From Chiloscyllium plagiosum (lineage: Eukaryota), in contig NC_057719.1 in assembly GCF_004010195.1 (NCBI RefSeq), forward strand, positions 61,610,467 to 61,674,466: DNA of 64,000 nucleotides, in the 5' to 3' direction. Made by a program: the position numbers and the translations under genes. Below, piece by piece: positions 1 through 13,128 of this stretch. Every line of letters begins with the position of its first letter. Position 1 is the first letter of the stretch. The notes under the pieces were generated by a model, which worked only from the letters and a program-made list of their open reading frames with translations, made no database searches and was not told the origin of the DNA.

Positions 1-182
1 CAATTCTGGTTCGTTGCACAATACCAGATCCAGAATTGCCTTCTCCCTGGTTGGCTCCAGCACCAGCTGTTCTAAGAATCCATCTCTGAGGCACTCCACA
101 AAGTCTACACTTTGCTGTGTTCTGGTATACAACCATTTGCTTCATAATGCCGTGGATAGTCTCTGGACTGAACTCTCCCAAG

Positions 183-316
183 TCTAGATTAGAGTTGTGC
201 TGGAAAAGCACAGCAGGTCAGGCAGCATCTCGGATGCTGCCTGACGTGCTGTGCTTTCCCAGCACCACTCTAATCTCGACTCTAGTTTACAGCATCTGCA
301 GTCCTTGTTTTTACTG
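183..316. mobile_element. Short fold-back Penelope-derived insert with 13-bp TSD
   Basis: Inverted arms (GCTGGAAAAGCACAGCAGGTCAGGCAGCATC and its complement); TSD GAACTCTCCCAAG at 170-182 and 317-329. Confidence 0.75.
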
Positions 317-1014
317 GAACTCTCCCAAGGTACTGTCACCCTCTCTTGTACTAAGCACCAAAATTTGATATGAGTATGCAAATCTGCAGAGAATTTGTGT
401 TCTGCTTGCTTCTTCCTTCCTTCTGGTTCAGCACCTATTTCCTGTCCACCTCAACTCTCTGTACTTGTGGGGTGACAATTCCTGCTACACGATCCCAGGA
501 ATTCCTCAGTCTTCTTTCAATGAGCCCAGCTCTCTTCATTTCAGAAAACTTGAGTGCAATTTGAGTGATTGCAGGCAGTCACTGCAAATGTGGCTGGCAA
601 CCAGATGAAGCAGCCTGGAAGTCACACACACAGCACAGGAATTAAACACAAATGCTATGAGCTCTGCCATCATTTTAATGAAAGACAACATCTCAATCTA
701 ATTAATTACTTTTTGTCTTAACTTCAATCACTTAGCACCATGTGTCCTCTCTGAACCAAATTCCCAATCTCACCAAATGCCTAATTGGTGTGTTTCCAAG
801 ACACTCCCATTTCTTTGCACATAGCTCTCTCACCAGGTTGCCAAATCTATAATGAAATACAGTAAACTAAAAGTAATGTGATTTTAGTACTAATCATATT
901 TGGTAAGAGAGATAAGTCATAAATTTATATTTTCTCCTTTATGTCCTCCACTTACTGCGGCAGAGATGAATACATTTGCAATCTTGGTCTCAATTCTACA
1001 ATTACAACATTTAT

Positions 1015-1725
1015 ATAGAGTCATAGAAATGGACAGTCCAGAAACAGACCCTTCAGTCTAACTTATCCATGACGACCAGATATCCTAAACTAATCTAGCC
1101 CCATTTGCCAGCACTTGGCCCATATCTCTCAAAATCCTTCCTATTTATATACCCATTCAGACGCCTTTTAAATTTCATAATTGTACCAGCCTCCACCCAT
1201 TCGTCTGGCAGCTCATTTCACACACTTTCCATCCTCTGCATGAAAAAGTTGCCCTTAGGTCCCTTTTAAATATTTTCCTTCTCATCCTAAACCTATGCCC
1301 TCTACTTCTGGACTACCCCATCTAGGGAAAAGACCTTGTTTATTGACCCTATCCATGCCCCTCATGAGTTTATAAACCTTTATAAAGTCACTCCTCAGCC
1401 TCGAATGTTCCAGAGAAAACAGCCTCAACCTATTCATCCTCTGCCTATAGCTCAAACCCTCCAATCCTGTCAACATCTTTTCTGAACCCTTTCAAGTTTC
1501 ACAGCAACCTACCTATAGGAGCAAGACCAGAATGTACACAATATTCCAAAAGTGGCCTAACCAATGTTAAAAAGGCATCTGGGTGGGAATATGAATAGGA
1601 AGGGATTAGAGCAATGTAGGCTAAATGCTGATAAATGGGACTAGATCAGTTTAGATTATCTAGTCAGCAAAGATGAGTTGGACCAAAGGGTCTGTTGGAC
1701 CAAAGGGGCTGTATAAATCTATGCC
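1015..1725 (-). mobile_element. CR1 LINE 3' fragment, followed by an oppositely oriented 3' end (1570-1725)
   Basis: Minus ORF GLEGLSYRQRMNRLRLFSLEHSRLRSDFIKVYKLMRGMDRV is the typical CR1 ORF2 C-terminus. Confidence 0.85.
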
Positions 1726-2365
1726 TCTATCACCAACCCATTCAAATTTCCTATCCCATTCATATATTTATGTATATACCTCAACCATTCACCCATTAAA
1801 ACTCCCTCCACACATACATTGACCCATATGTTCATGCATCTGCAAATTCTGTTTCCAGTCTGGACTTCCACCCAGCTCACCTTCTATTATAATTCAACAG
1901 ATTTAGATAGAAATCTCAATAGATGCAAAATCCCGACCCATTTTGAAAGTATCTAATGGGCCGATTAAATCTGGGATACTCTTCTGCAGGTATTGGTGGT
2001 CCCACTCAAACTGATTCAGCTATGGACTACCTAATGACAGTCAACTTGTTTAGTTTGAACAAAGTCTGGCAGATAACTGTAAATTGTCATTAATTGTTGC
2101 ACTCTCCATGTCAACATCTCGAACAATTAGAGTCAACTTGCCAATCAATCAACACAGCCTTCTCGGGCAGTAAAACTGTTATTTTCTCCTTGAATTAGTA
2201 TTTTTGCAATTCGTCCTGATGACTGCAAGCTGAAAGCTTAGCAAAATGTGTCTTTTTCAGCAATACTCAACTGTGATTTTAATCATCCAAGAGAAAATTA
2301 GACAGAATAAACAAAATACATGCAGGTAAAAATAACTTTTGATGATAGAGGATCCTGGGAAAGAT

Positions 2366-2825
2366 GTGGTTCTGTTCGCTGAACTGGAAATTTTTGTTGC
2401 AAACGTTTCGTCCCCTGTCTAGGTGACATCCTCAGTGCTTGGGTGCCTCCTGTGAAGTGCTTCTGTGGTGTTTCCTCCAGCATTTATAGTGGCCTGTCCC
2501 TGCCGCTTCCGGTTGTCAGTCTCAGCTGTCTGGAATTCTTCTAGAAGTATGGCACTCATCCACAAACTCCATCAACAAACACATCGACCTGGACCCAATA
2601 TACCGGCCACTACAGCGGACAGCTGAAACTGACAACCGGAAGCGGCAGGGACAGGCCACTATAAATGCCGGAGGAAACACCACAGAAGCGCTTCACAGGA
2701 GGCTCCCAAGCACTGAGGATGTCACCTAGACAGGGGACGAAACGTTTGCAACAAAAATTTCCAGCTCGGCGAACAGAACCACAACAACAAGCACCCGAGC
2801 TACAAATCTTCACCCAAACTTTGAA
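2366..2825. mobile_element. Penelope-like element end with inverted terminal copy, hammerhead motifs, 11-bp TSD
   Basis: 2366-2530 is the reverse complement of ~2618-2782; CTGAGGA-stem-GAAA core at 2713-2742; TSD CTGGGAAAGAT at 2355-2365 and 2826-2836. Confidence 0.85.
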
Positions 2826-2984
2826 CTGGGAAAGATCTTTCCAGGTTTTCGTGGGAAAAAAAATACAATGGAAAGCTGATCCAGTAATGTTCATATTACA
2901 TTCATTCAAGTTCCAAATTTAACCCAAAGGCAGTTGAAAAATTAATAACTGTAGTTTCTTTCAGCAGTCATGGAGAAGCTTGAT

Positions 2985-3130
2985 CAGTATTAATTAGACA
3001 TTAGGAATTAAGGGCTACGGGGAGATTGTGGGTAAGTGGAGTTGAAATGCTCATCAGCCATGATTGAATGGCGGAGTGGACTCGATGGGCCGAATGGCCT
3101 TACTTCCGCTCCTATGTCTTATGGTCTTAT
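2985..3130 (+). mobile_element. CR1 3' UTR fragment
   Basis: GGGCCGAATGGCCT...CCTATGTCTTATGGTCTTAT terminal motif. Confidence 0.7.
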
Positions 3131-3544
3131 ACAGTATATGGGTCAATAGTAGTTAAAACAAAGAACTGCAGATGCTGGAAATCTGAACCAAAAGCACAAA
3201 ATGATGGAGAAACGCAGCAGGTCTGGCAGCATCTGTAGAAGGAAAACAGAGTTAATGTTTCAAGCCCAGTGATCTTTTACCAAAAGGGAGAATGTTGATT
3301 TTGGCTGTTCACTTCTCAACAGGAGAATGAAGTCAACAGACAATAGTATCAAATGACTATAAGACTATCAATTTCATCAGTTTTCTATCCAGGAGATTAA
3401 GTTAAAAATTTGTGTGTAAGAGAGCAATAACATGATAAAACAATGTTTCCACTACCAAGACCATTCCGTAAGAGCTCTGCAGTTGATAGCAGAATGGGCG
3501 TCAAGTTTCACTGACTGCCAGAGAAATCTATTACTATGAGAATC

Positions 3545-3705
3545 ATGATATGGAGGTGCCTGTGTTGGACTGGAGTGAACAAAGTTAAAAATCACACAAC
3601 ACCAGGTTATAGCCAGGTGGTGATGAAGGAGCAGTGCTCTGAAAGCTAGTGCTTCCAAACAAACCTATTGGACTATAACGTGGTGTGTGATTTTTTTAAA
3701 CTTTA
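3545..3705. mobile_element. Fold-back Penelope-derived element, same family as 37305-37529
   Basis: AAGTTAAAAATCACACAACACCAGGTTATAG ... CTATAACGTGGTGTGTGATTTTTT; degenerate GATGAAGGAGC..GCTCTGAAAG hammerhead motif. Confidence 0.65.
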
Positions 3706-4844
3706 CTCCTTTGAGGGCACAGTTCTTGCAACGAACTGTCTGCTGAGTAATTAAGAGGAGGAAGAAAAGAGGATCAGTAAAAATAATGTGTAATCTTGCC
3801 CTCCAGTGAGCTCATTATCACACTAATGGGTGTAGGACTTCACTGTGTCCAAATTAGCTGTCATGTTTCCTATTGAAATAATTGTCATGAGTTCCTGAAG
3901 GTGGCTATCTACCGTGTTTATGGGGCAGCTTCTGAACCAGGTGAGCAGTAATGCTTTGCTGTTGGAGAGAAGAGGGTGAAGGAAGGAATGTGCAGTGTGT
4001 TGGATCTGGTCCTCCAATTAGTACCAGCCACATTCTGGATGAGACACACGCTTGTTTTTACCTTTTCTTCAGTGTTCTGGAGGTCAATGTACAGACAAGA
4101 ACATTGCCATTGCACTGAATGATGTTCCTCCCTGGTTTTGACTTATTCCAGTGGATGGCTAAAATTACATCTTGGCAGGGCTTGGTCGAAGTCTCCATTT
4201 TTCTTGTGACTCTGCAGAAATGCAGTTCTAAAAAAGGTTCCAGAAGAGACAGAAGAAGGGGAAGCTGTTCCATGTATTGTCTTTAATAGCTTCTGCCTTA
4301 GGCCTCTAAGCTGGTACACAGATGAGTTTCTCCACAGAGAAGTGTAGCTGATTGATCTTTGCTCTCTCTAACGTGGAGACATTGAGGACAGTGGAAGTGC
4401 TTCTATGGTTGAGGTAGCTGAGATCAACAAAGTTTGCACAACTAAAGTTCGAACTCTGAAATTTCCCAGTTTGTTTAGCTTCAGTCCAAAATAGACAATG
4501 CATTTAACTGTACTTATTAATTTGTAGAAATGTTTTAAAATGTAGTTTCAGGTGTTGTACTGTCAATTTTAATTCCCAGGAAGAATGTAACCATTTTGTG
4601 TTGTGCAATGCAAAAGCGAAAACCCTCAGCAGCCACCATAATAATGTGATCATCATAAAAAGTGACTTCTATCCTGGATCTAACCTATGTGTTAATCAAT
4701 TGCCAATGTAGTGACAGCAACAACAATTTAAAATGCCCCTGAAGTGTTTTGGGTTAGAAGGACATGAAAATATTTATCTTTTCTTTTTCTAAAATAAACA
4801 AAATCAAATATTGATGTGGTCATATTTTTAATTATACATACACA

Positions 4845-5180
4845 CAGTCATACAGGTCTCCAGTATGGAAACAGGCCCTTCAGCCCAACTTGTCCATGCT
4901 GCCCTGTTTTCACAATTAACCTAATCCCATTTACCTGTGTTCTGTCCATATTCCTCCATACCTATCTCATCCACGTACCTATCTAAATGTTTCTTAAATG
5001 ACAAAATTGTACTTGCCTCCACTACTATCTCTGGCAACCCTCTGTGTGAAAAAAACTGCCCCTCTGGACCCTTTTGTATTTCTCCCCTCTCGCCTTAAAC
5101 CTCTACTTTTAGACTCCCCTCCCACGGGGAAAAGCTGTTGACTATTCTACCTTCTCTATGATTTTATAGACCTCTATAAG
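4845..5180 (-). mobile_element. CR1 3' fragment
   Basis: Homologous to 1015-1380 and to the reverse complement of 43000-43310. Confidence 0.75.
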
Positions 5181-5696
5181 CACATCCTTCAGAGTGCAAA
5201 CATAAGGAGTAAATTGCAGTTGACCCAGATAGCAGACACGGAGATCAGCCTTAGAGTCACCACGCTTTCCAGTGTCGCAAACAGTGCAAGTTGGAACCAC
5301 AAAGTTTACTAAAGTTTATTGGCTTGGCCAAAGCAATCGAAACACCACTCTGTGGTGATGCATTTCCACCCAGCTTCCTGTAAACGCTGGGGACTCACTT
5401 GCCAATTCAGCTCCTCCACAACAAACAGCCACTCACTTCTCTCAAAAGAGTTGTAGCTGCAGAAATCAGATCGGAAGGCAGCTGCAGTAAAGAGGAAGTT
5501 AAAGAGTGGGTGAAAAGGAAGGCCACAAGAACCACAAATCTGAAGAGACATCAGTTTAGATGTCAGCCCGAACAGAACACAGGAAGTGAGAGATTTCATT
5601 CCTTCAACCAGAGAGGTGCAGTGGATCACTTTTGGAATCAGGTCCCGAATCAAACCCAGGAAGATAGTTTCTGCACAACATTTCAGGGGAGTTTCT

Positions 5697-6050
5697 GGGA
5701 AGATAATGGCCTTGTGGTATTATCACTGGATTGTTAATCCAGACACACAGTTAACACTCTGGGGATCTGGGTTCAAATCCCACCATGCCAGATGGTGGAA
5801 CCTGAGTTCAATAATAATCTGGAATTAAGGGTTTAATGATGACCATGAATCCATTGCTAGTTGTTGGAAAAACCCATCTGGTTCACTCATGTCCTTTAGG
5901 GAAGGAAACTGCTATCCTGACTTGGTCTGGGCCTACATGTGACTCCAAACCCACAGCAATAACTCTTAACTGCCCTCTGGGTAATTAGGGTTGGGCAATA
6001 AATACTGGACCTGGCCAGTAATTCACTCACCCATGAATGAATAAAAAAAA
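5697..6050 (+). mobile_element. tRNA-derived DeuSINE (SacSINE1-like)
   Basis: A/B-box-like head (GGGTTCAAATCCC); Deu-like core AAAACCCATCTGGTTCACT...TTTAGGGAAGGAAA...CTACATGTGACTCCA; tail CCCATGAATGAATAAAAAAAA. Confidence 0.8.
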
Positions 6051-9000
6051 TGCAACTTGAAATTGGTGGCCTCACCTTCAGGGCTGATGGAATCGTGTCC
6101 AAAACTAAACCATGCTCTGCCATTCTATCATCCCTGTTTCCTTGCCTTCAGTTTCACAAACAGCAGCTTCCACATTCCACAGATCGTCTTCCACTTACAT
6201 CAGGAGTCAGTTTATATTTCCCGACACCCTTTCCACAGTGACCAGCCCCTTCACAGTCATCAATCACTCTTCTTGTGTGCTTCTTTCCACTAGCGGTGGT
6301 GTGCACCATCTCTCAGATTCACTGCAGTAACTTACCAACGTTCTGTCAGCAGCACCAGCTAAGTTCATGACTTATGTCTCCGATGTGAACAAGGGCGACA
6401 CAGATGCATCATGACCCCCTACAAGTTCCCTTCCGAGTCATACAACATCCTGACTTCAAAATATATCGGCCATTCCTTGGTTGTTCAAAGCATTGGAACT
6501 CTCCAAAGTCAGTTTTGTATTTCACTGTTTATTTATTTTTCTTAGATTGAACTGCGATATCCAGAGACACTTGTAACTACACAGCAAAGGCAGTCAGCGG
6601 TGAAAGTATCCAATACTGAAATAAACCTCAAAAAACACAGCAGCTTTTACAGTCACAATTTCCTCCCATCCCCCATCTTGGATTACCCAGAATCCAATGA
6701 CATCTGGATGGGAATATAAATAGAAAGGATATGGACCAAATGCTGGCAAATGGGACTGTTTGCATGCTGTACAACTCTATGACTCTAACTTCCTCTCTCA
6801 TAGCATTGTGGGTGTCCCTACACCTCGTGGACCCCAGTGCTTCAAGAAGGTCATTTATCACCAGCTTCTTGAGGGCAATGAGGGATGGATAACAAATACT
6901 CGTCTCACCACTGATGCCCACATTCCACAAAAAACATTAAAAATGAAAGGCATATTTATCCATTTGCCAGCTTTGCACTGTCATTCAATGCCAACAAAAA
7001 AGCACACTGAAAGAGGAAGAACCTCATTATCTTGTTCAGATCTAGTACATACTGCATCTTCTTTCAATGCTGACATCTATACATGGGGTGACCAACGTAT
7101 AGACATTAACTTTGTCACAAAAAAGTTCTCTTTGCATGACCTCAATCACAAAGTGTCTCTCCACCTCAAGCATCCCTTTCTTTCCACCTCTTAACTTTGG
7201 CCTTTGATTACTCCAGCTCTACAGTTAGCTCTACTCCAATAAAGCTCTAGAGGCAAAACATCCTCTTTCTGTTTTTCACACTAGACTACCTGTTCACTTT
7301 CTTACAGTTCTCCTCACCTTTCAGTTTCCATGGGATTGCCTGTTGCAGGATGCCTGAAACATTAAAAAAGTCAATTTCTCCTGTAAATTATTTGAGTTAA
7401 ATGAATGATTGTCTCATATACCTTGAAGACACAGTGAAAAGTGTTTTGTTGCCATAATCTGGTACCATTTTGAGTTACAAAAATAATAAAAATAAATTAT
7501 ACAAATAAGAATTTTAATCTTCTGTGCAAATTGGGTCTCAAGCATGACTCCAGGGCTTCTGCAAAGTCTCTGAAAGGTGTTCCGGTCCTCAAGGAGTCAT
7601 GTTCCAGGACGAGCAATGATGATGCCAATGCCCCATGCTCTATTGCTGCCTGGGTCTGCTAAGAGCCCCTGCTCTGGGCACTACCGCTCTGGACACTGCC
7701 GTCGCCAAGAGCCCAGACTCCAGGCACTGCTGCCACCAACAGTCTGGGCTCTGAGCCTAGCCACCGGCAACAGTCCAGTCTCCGGGCCTGCCGCTGCAAC
7801 AGAAGAATAAAGATAAAGACAAAAAGTACATAGGTAAACAGATGCTGCCAGCCTGTAGTGGACGGGCTCTGATGAGCCCAAAAACTACTGACTGTCCAAT
7901 CATCTTACCCATACTTCCACCATAGGTAAGACAAGGCCCACGAAGACGTTCACAGTTGGATCATGGCAATAACTCCATTTTGGGAATTAGAAAGCATTAA
8001 CTCCCTAATTTTATACAAGGGCTCGCAAAACAGAAGATGCCCCTCAATTAGCACAAAACGATCAATGTCCCATCGGAGACCACAAAGCAGGAGATGCTGT
8101 ACCCTGCATGAAACCACGTAACCAATGGACACCACAGGACAATGTGCACACACATATCATGAAACTGTTTGCATTTTGACGATGTTATGACTTTGGCAGG
8201 TCATTTTTGGCCCTTTCTTTCTGAAGAGAGTTTGTAAGGCAGAGGTGTCAAGCAGTCTGGGATAACATAAACAGAGTGTGAGGCCTTGAGTTTTGCTGTG
8301 GAGGAAGTTTCATTGGGGTGGAAGTTTCAATGATTGCTAAAATCAGTTTGGAGATATTTACTTGGTCTGTTATGCAATTCACTGCACATAATTATCTTGC
8401 TGATTTAATTTTTCCAAGATTCATGGGGTAGCATGATGTACATCTGCCATTTGAGTGAATTTCCCTGAGATTTTCCTTGTTGTACTCCCATTAGCACTGG
8501 TGAAATCTGAGTGGGAGCCCCACACACATGGGAGAAGCCTTGGGGAAAGCAAGTCTCCCCCAAGATTTCTAGTTTATAGGACTGTTCGATCCCTAAACTT
8601 TTATTGCATGGACTATATCAACACTCTATGTGACACATTGTTAAAATTGTAACTATCTGCATTCAAGTAATATCTTAGGCGTGTCTTTGAGTGAAATATT
8701 TGCTTGATTTAATATGAATCATTATCTCTATGAAATATGCAACCTGACATTTTAATTACTATTCCAACAATACTCACATATGAACTGACCAATGTTTCTA
8801 AAGCATTCAGCAGTTAATAAAACAAATAAGATCAACAAACCCTTCCTTGTGAGTAGTACAATGACTAATTCTGTTTCCTTTATGTCTACCTGTATTTCAA
8901 CTGATGTATTATTCAGCTACCTTCTAGTGTATAAGCAGGCAGAAACGAAAGCTCTAGAAAATGTTAACAGTTTTATTTGTGCAATAAAAGTTTTAATTAA

Positions 9001-10229
9001 TCCCTCACACAAACAGATGATGACTATAAGCAGCTCCTTAGAGGGTAACAAACAGTACCAGAGGGACAATTTATTCAATAGAGGTACTGAATAACAATAT
9101 GGCACATCATCCAGAATCCAACAATTGCACGAATTGAGTTTCAATAGCATATTTATTTCTTGTGTGAGACAATTTGAGGTCTATCCGATATGTAGATGGT
9201 ACCCTGATCTTATTTTACTCAATTTATATATAGTTTTATTTTAACCTTAAGCAACTCCGTGGTTAGTTTTCTGATCCATACACCCTTATTAGATTTTCCC
9301 AGTCCTGTTTCCAATTACTTTCTAGATCCTGAGCAGCTGTGTTTTTAGTTAATATTTGTTTTAACTTTAAAGGGCAGGAATTACCCTCTCAATGTGCCTC
9401 TTCTGTAACGATATCATTGCCAAATAAGGCCCTATAATGTCCTGGATACAGTACCGAGCTTAGAACATATCTCATGAAAAGAAGCTGTAAATAGTTTTAT
9501 TGTTATTTGAATAACTTGTTACAAAATAGCAATGAGAAGGACAATAAAGAAAAGGAATCTTAGTGACTGACCTCAAAGAAACAAGCATTTTCCACCAACT
9601 GACATCAAGCTGAGGTCAGTTGAAACACACATTGTTCAGTAATATGAATAAATACAGAACCTTAGCAAATGCCTTTGCACATTCCTTTTCAGCAGAAGAA
9701 TCAAAGGCAGATGAGAATAATTTGAGCTGCCCAAGAGGTAAGGAAATATCCAGGATCAACATCAAATAACATTATTCATGGATATCTGAGCATGATTTTG
9801 AAGGAAACCTTCACAATCAGGGTGAATTATAGCACTATCAACTTTAAACTAATTGCCACAAGGCCATGTCATTTATTTAACAAGGAAATATTTGTCAATT
9901 TTTCTATTCATTTGTTGGGTCAGTTTTTGATTGGGACAGAAATTGTATCACAGGGAAGGTAAATCTTTACAGCAAAGCAAAAGACTGACATAAAACCTGA
10001 AAATGCTGGAAATTCTCAGCAAGTCAAATGATACATGGGTCGAGAAATAGGTTAAGGTTTCAGTTCTGATGAAGTGCCTTTATAGTATCCCTGATTTGAT
10101 TTTAATCACATGAGGGTCCAGAGAGAAACAGTTATCACTTATTGCCATTTTTTGCTTCAGGTTTGTTTTAGAGGTTGTGAGATACAGATGGTGAGACTGA
10201 GCAATTAAACTTATTTGGAGTAAGTTTGA

Positions 10230-12389
10230 TGCACCCAGCTGATAATATCCTGGTGCAGAGATTTGTTAGAGCTGCTCGGGAGGATTTAAACTAGAAGAGG
10301 GAGGAGGGTACCCAGGGAGACAATGAGAAAAGAGCTCAGTCTAAGACTAGTGCAGTTGGGGAAAGGAGCAAGTCAAACAGTCAGGGCAGGCAGGAACAAA
10401 GCAAAGGATGAAATAGGACTGATAAATTAGACTGTATTTATTTCAATGCAAGAGGCCTAACAGGTAAGGCAGATGAGCTCTGGGCATGATTGTGAACATG
10501 GGATTGGAATATCATCGTGATTGTAGAGACTTGGCTAAGGGATGGTCAGGACTGGCAGCTTAACATTCCAGGGTATAAATGCTATAGAAAGGATAGAAAG
10601 AGAGGCAAGGGAGGAGGGAGGTGGTGTTTGTGATTAGGGATAACCATTATGGCTGTACTTAGGGAGGATATTCCTGGGAATACATCCAGGGAAGTTATTT
10701 GGGGGAATTGAGAAATCAGAATGAGATGATCACCTTATTGGGATTGTACTATAGACTCCTCAATAGTCAGCAGGAAATTGAGAAACAGATTTGCAAAGGG
10801 ATCTTAGTTATCTGTAAGAATAAAAGGGTGGTTATGGTATTTTAACTTTCCAAACATAGACAGGGACTGCTATAATGTTAAGGGCTTGGATGGAAAGCAT
10901 TTGTGAAGTATGTGCAAGAATTTTTTTTTTGATTCAGTACCTACGAGAGAAGGTGTAAAACTTGACCTACTCTTGGGAAATAAGGCATGGCAAATAACTG
11001 AGGTATCAGTTGGGGTGTACTTTTGAGCCAATGACTATAATTCTATTAGTTTTAAAACAGTGATGGAAAAGGATAGACCTGATCTAAAAGTTAAAAGTTT
11101 AAATTGGAGTAAGGCCAATTTTGATGGTATTAGTGAGAACATACAAAAGTTAATTGGCTGGAAAATGGGAAGCCTTCAAAAATGAGATAATAAGTTTCCA
11201 GAGACAGTATGTTCCTGTAATGGTGAAAGGCAAGGCTGGTGGATGTCGGGAATATTGGATGAGTAGAGAAATTGAGGTTTTGGTCAAGAGTAAGAAGGAA
11301 GCATATGTCAGGTGTAGATAGCAGGGATTGGAGGTGTAGTGGACAGCAGAGAAGATTACCTTGATCTTGATCAGATGGGCCAATTAGCCGAGGAGTGGCA
11401 TATGGAGTTTAATTTAGATAAATGTGAAGTTCAAAGTTTGTGAGAAGATTTGTAGCTTGGGTGCTCGTTGTTGTGGTTCTGTTCGCCGAGCTGGGATTTG
11501 TGTTGCAGACGTTTCGTCCCCTGTCTAGGTGACATCCTCAGTGCTTGGGAGCCTCCTGTGAAATGCTTCTGTGATGTTTCCTCCGGCATTTATAAATCAC
11601 AGAAGTGCTTCACAGGAGGCTCCCAAGCACTGAGGATGTCACCTAGACAGGGGACGAAACGTCTGCAACACAAATTCCCAGCTCGGCGAACAGAACCACA
11701 ACAAATGTGAAGTGTAACATTTTGGAAAGGCAAATCAGGGCAGGACTTATACACTTAATGATAAGGTCCTAGAGAGTGTTGCTGAACAAAGAGACCTTGG
11801 ATTGTGCAGGTTCAAAGTTCCTTGAAAGTGGAGTCCCAGGTAGACAGGATAATGAAGAAGCTGGTTGGCATGTTTGCCTTTCTTGGTCAGTACATTGAGG
11901 ACAGGAGTTGGGAGATCATGCTCAGGTCATTTACAGGACGTTGGTTGAGCTACATTTGGAAACTGCATGCAATTCTGGTCTCCCTGCTATGGGAAAGATG
12001 ATGTGAAATTTGAAAGGGTTCAGAAAAGATGTTGCCAGGGTTGAAAGGTTTGAGCTACAGGGACAGACTGAATAGGCTGGGACTAATTTCCCTGGAGCTT
12101 TGGAGGCAGAGGGGTGACCTTATAGAGGTTTATAAAATCATGAAAGGCCTCGATAGGTTCAATAGATAAGGTCTTTTACCCAGGGTGGAGCCATCCAAAA
12201 CTAGAGGGCATAGGTTTAAGGTGAGAGAAGAAAGATTTAAAAGGGACCTAAAGGGCAACTTTTTTATGTAGAGGGTGGTACGTGTATGGAATGAGCTACC
12301 AGAGGAAGTGGTGGAGGCTGGTACAATTACAATATTTAAAAGGCACGAGATGGGTACATGAATAGAAAGAGTTTAGAGGGATATGGGCC
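10230..12389 (+). mobile_element. CR1 LINE, internally deleted (endonuclease region through ORF2 C-terminus); hosts a PLE and the ERV
   Basis: CIYFNARGLTGKADEL endonuclease start ~10430; MQVQSSLKVESQVDRIMKK C-terminal region; 3' end cut by the ERV LTR. Confidence 0.85.
11431..11702. mobile_element. Fold-back Penelope terminus nested in CR1, 11-bp TSD
   Basis: Inverted arms; hammerhead core CTGAGGA(11630)...GAAAC GTC(11663); TSD AAATGTGAAGT at 11420-11430 and 11703-11713. Confidence 0.85.
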
Positions 12390-12832
12390 TGTGGAAGTTT
12401 TTTTTCCTGAACTGCCTGTTTGCAGTATGTTTTCGCCAGTCATGGTGCTGCTTTTGTCTTGGTTTGACCCCTTGCCCTGAATGGCCTTAGCTATGAGAAA
12501 TCCTGCTTTTTCCCACATAACCCACGAACTGTTTATCAGTAGACCTCTGTTAATCAGCATGCAAATGTCGTGTGCATTGATTCAAGGCCTGAGAACAATA
12601 ACTCATTAATGTATAGTTTTGGCATCACCTCAACTCTGCGTGGAGTATGTTCATGTGGGCCATCTAGTGACTAGTTTGTGTAACTGTCAGCCTGGACAAT
12701 ATAAAATCTGTGGTGATCTGGTGTGCTTTGAAGTTAGACCGGTCCATTCTTAAGGAAAGGTTTGCTTCCTATGATATCATGCAATAAGGTTTGTCAATAC
12801 TCAAGGTCTGAGTCTGGGGAATTTCTTCAACA
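12390..12832 (+). repeat. ERV 5' LTR (~443 bp)
   Basis: TG...CA ends; TATA-like AATATAAAA ~12698; AATAAG ~12783; first ~295 nt align with 14227-14553. Confidence 0.85.
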
Positions 12833-12835
12833 ATC

Positions 12836-12854
12836 TGGTGTTAGTCAGCAGGAT
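12836..12854 (+). promoter_or_regulatory. Primer-binding site, tRNA-Ser-like
   Basis: TGGTGTTAGTCAGCAGGAT, 3 nt after the LTR CA, resembles TGGCGTAGTCGGCAGGAT (complement of the vertebrate tRNA-Ser 3' end) with CpG-type changes and a 1-nt insertion. Confidence 0.7.
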
Positions 12855-13128
12855 CCCTTAATTACAGGGTCCTGACCAAACCTGAAGTACTTTAAAATAA
12901 AAGCAGCTGCCTGCGTGATCCTAAGCTGAGTCGACAGATTGATCCCAAGTTAAGGAAAGATGCTGAGACAAGACAGGACTGGAAAGGATGCTGCCGTCAG
13001 ACATAAATCACTTTAAAGTGACTTTGAGGGATTGACAACAGTGGCTGTTTGCTTTGTCTGTCTTTGTGTATTTGTTTTTGTTCATTTCTCCTCAGATCAT
13101 AGATCTGTGCTTCGGAACTGAGTGAACA

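Noticed and set aside
3820..4500. Overlapping short ORFs as further AKAP6 exons
   Set aside because: No match to the expected downstream spectrin-repeat sequence (GFVNKLDEFIQWL...) and no convincing splice pair.
9560..9745. Plus-strand exon ending at GAG|GTAAGG (~9737)
   Set aside because: Isolated donor-like motif with no recognisable product.
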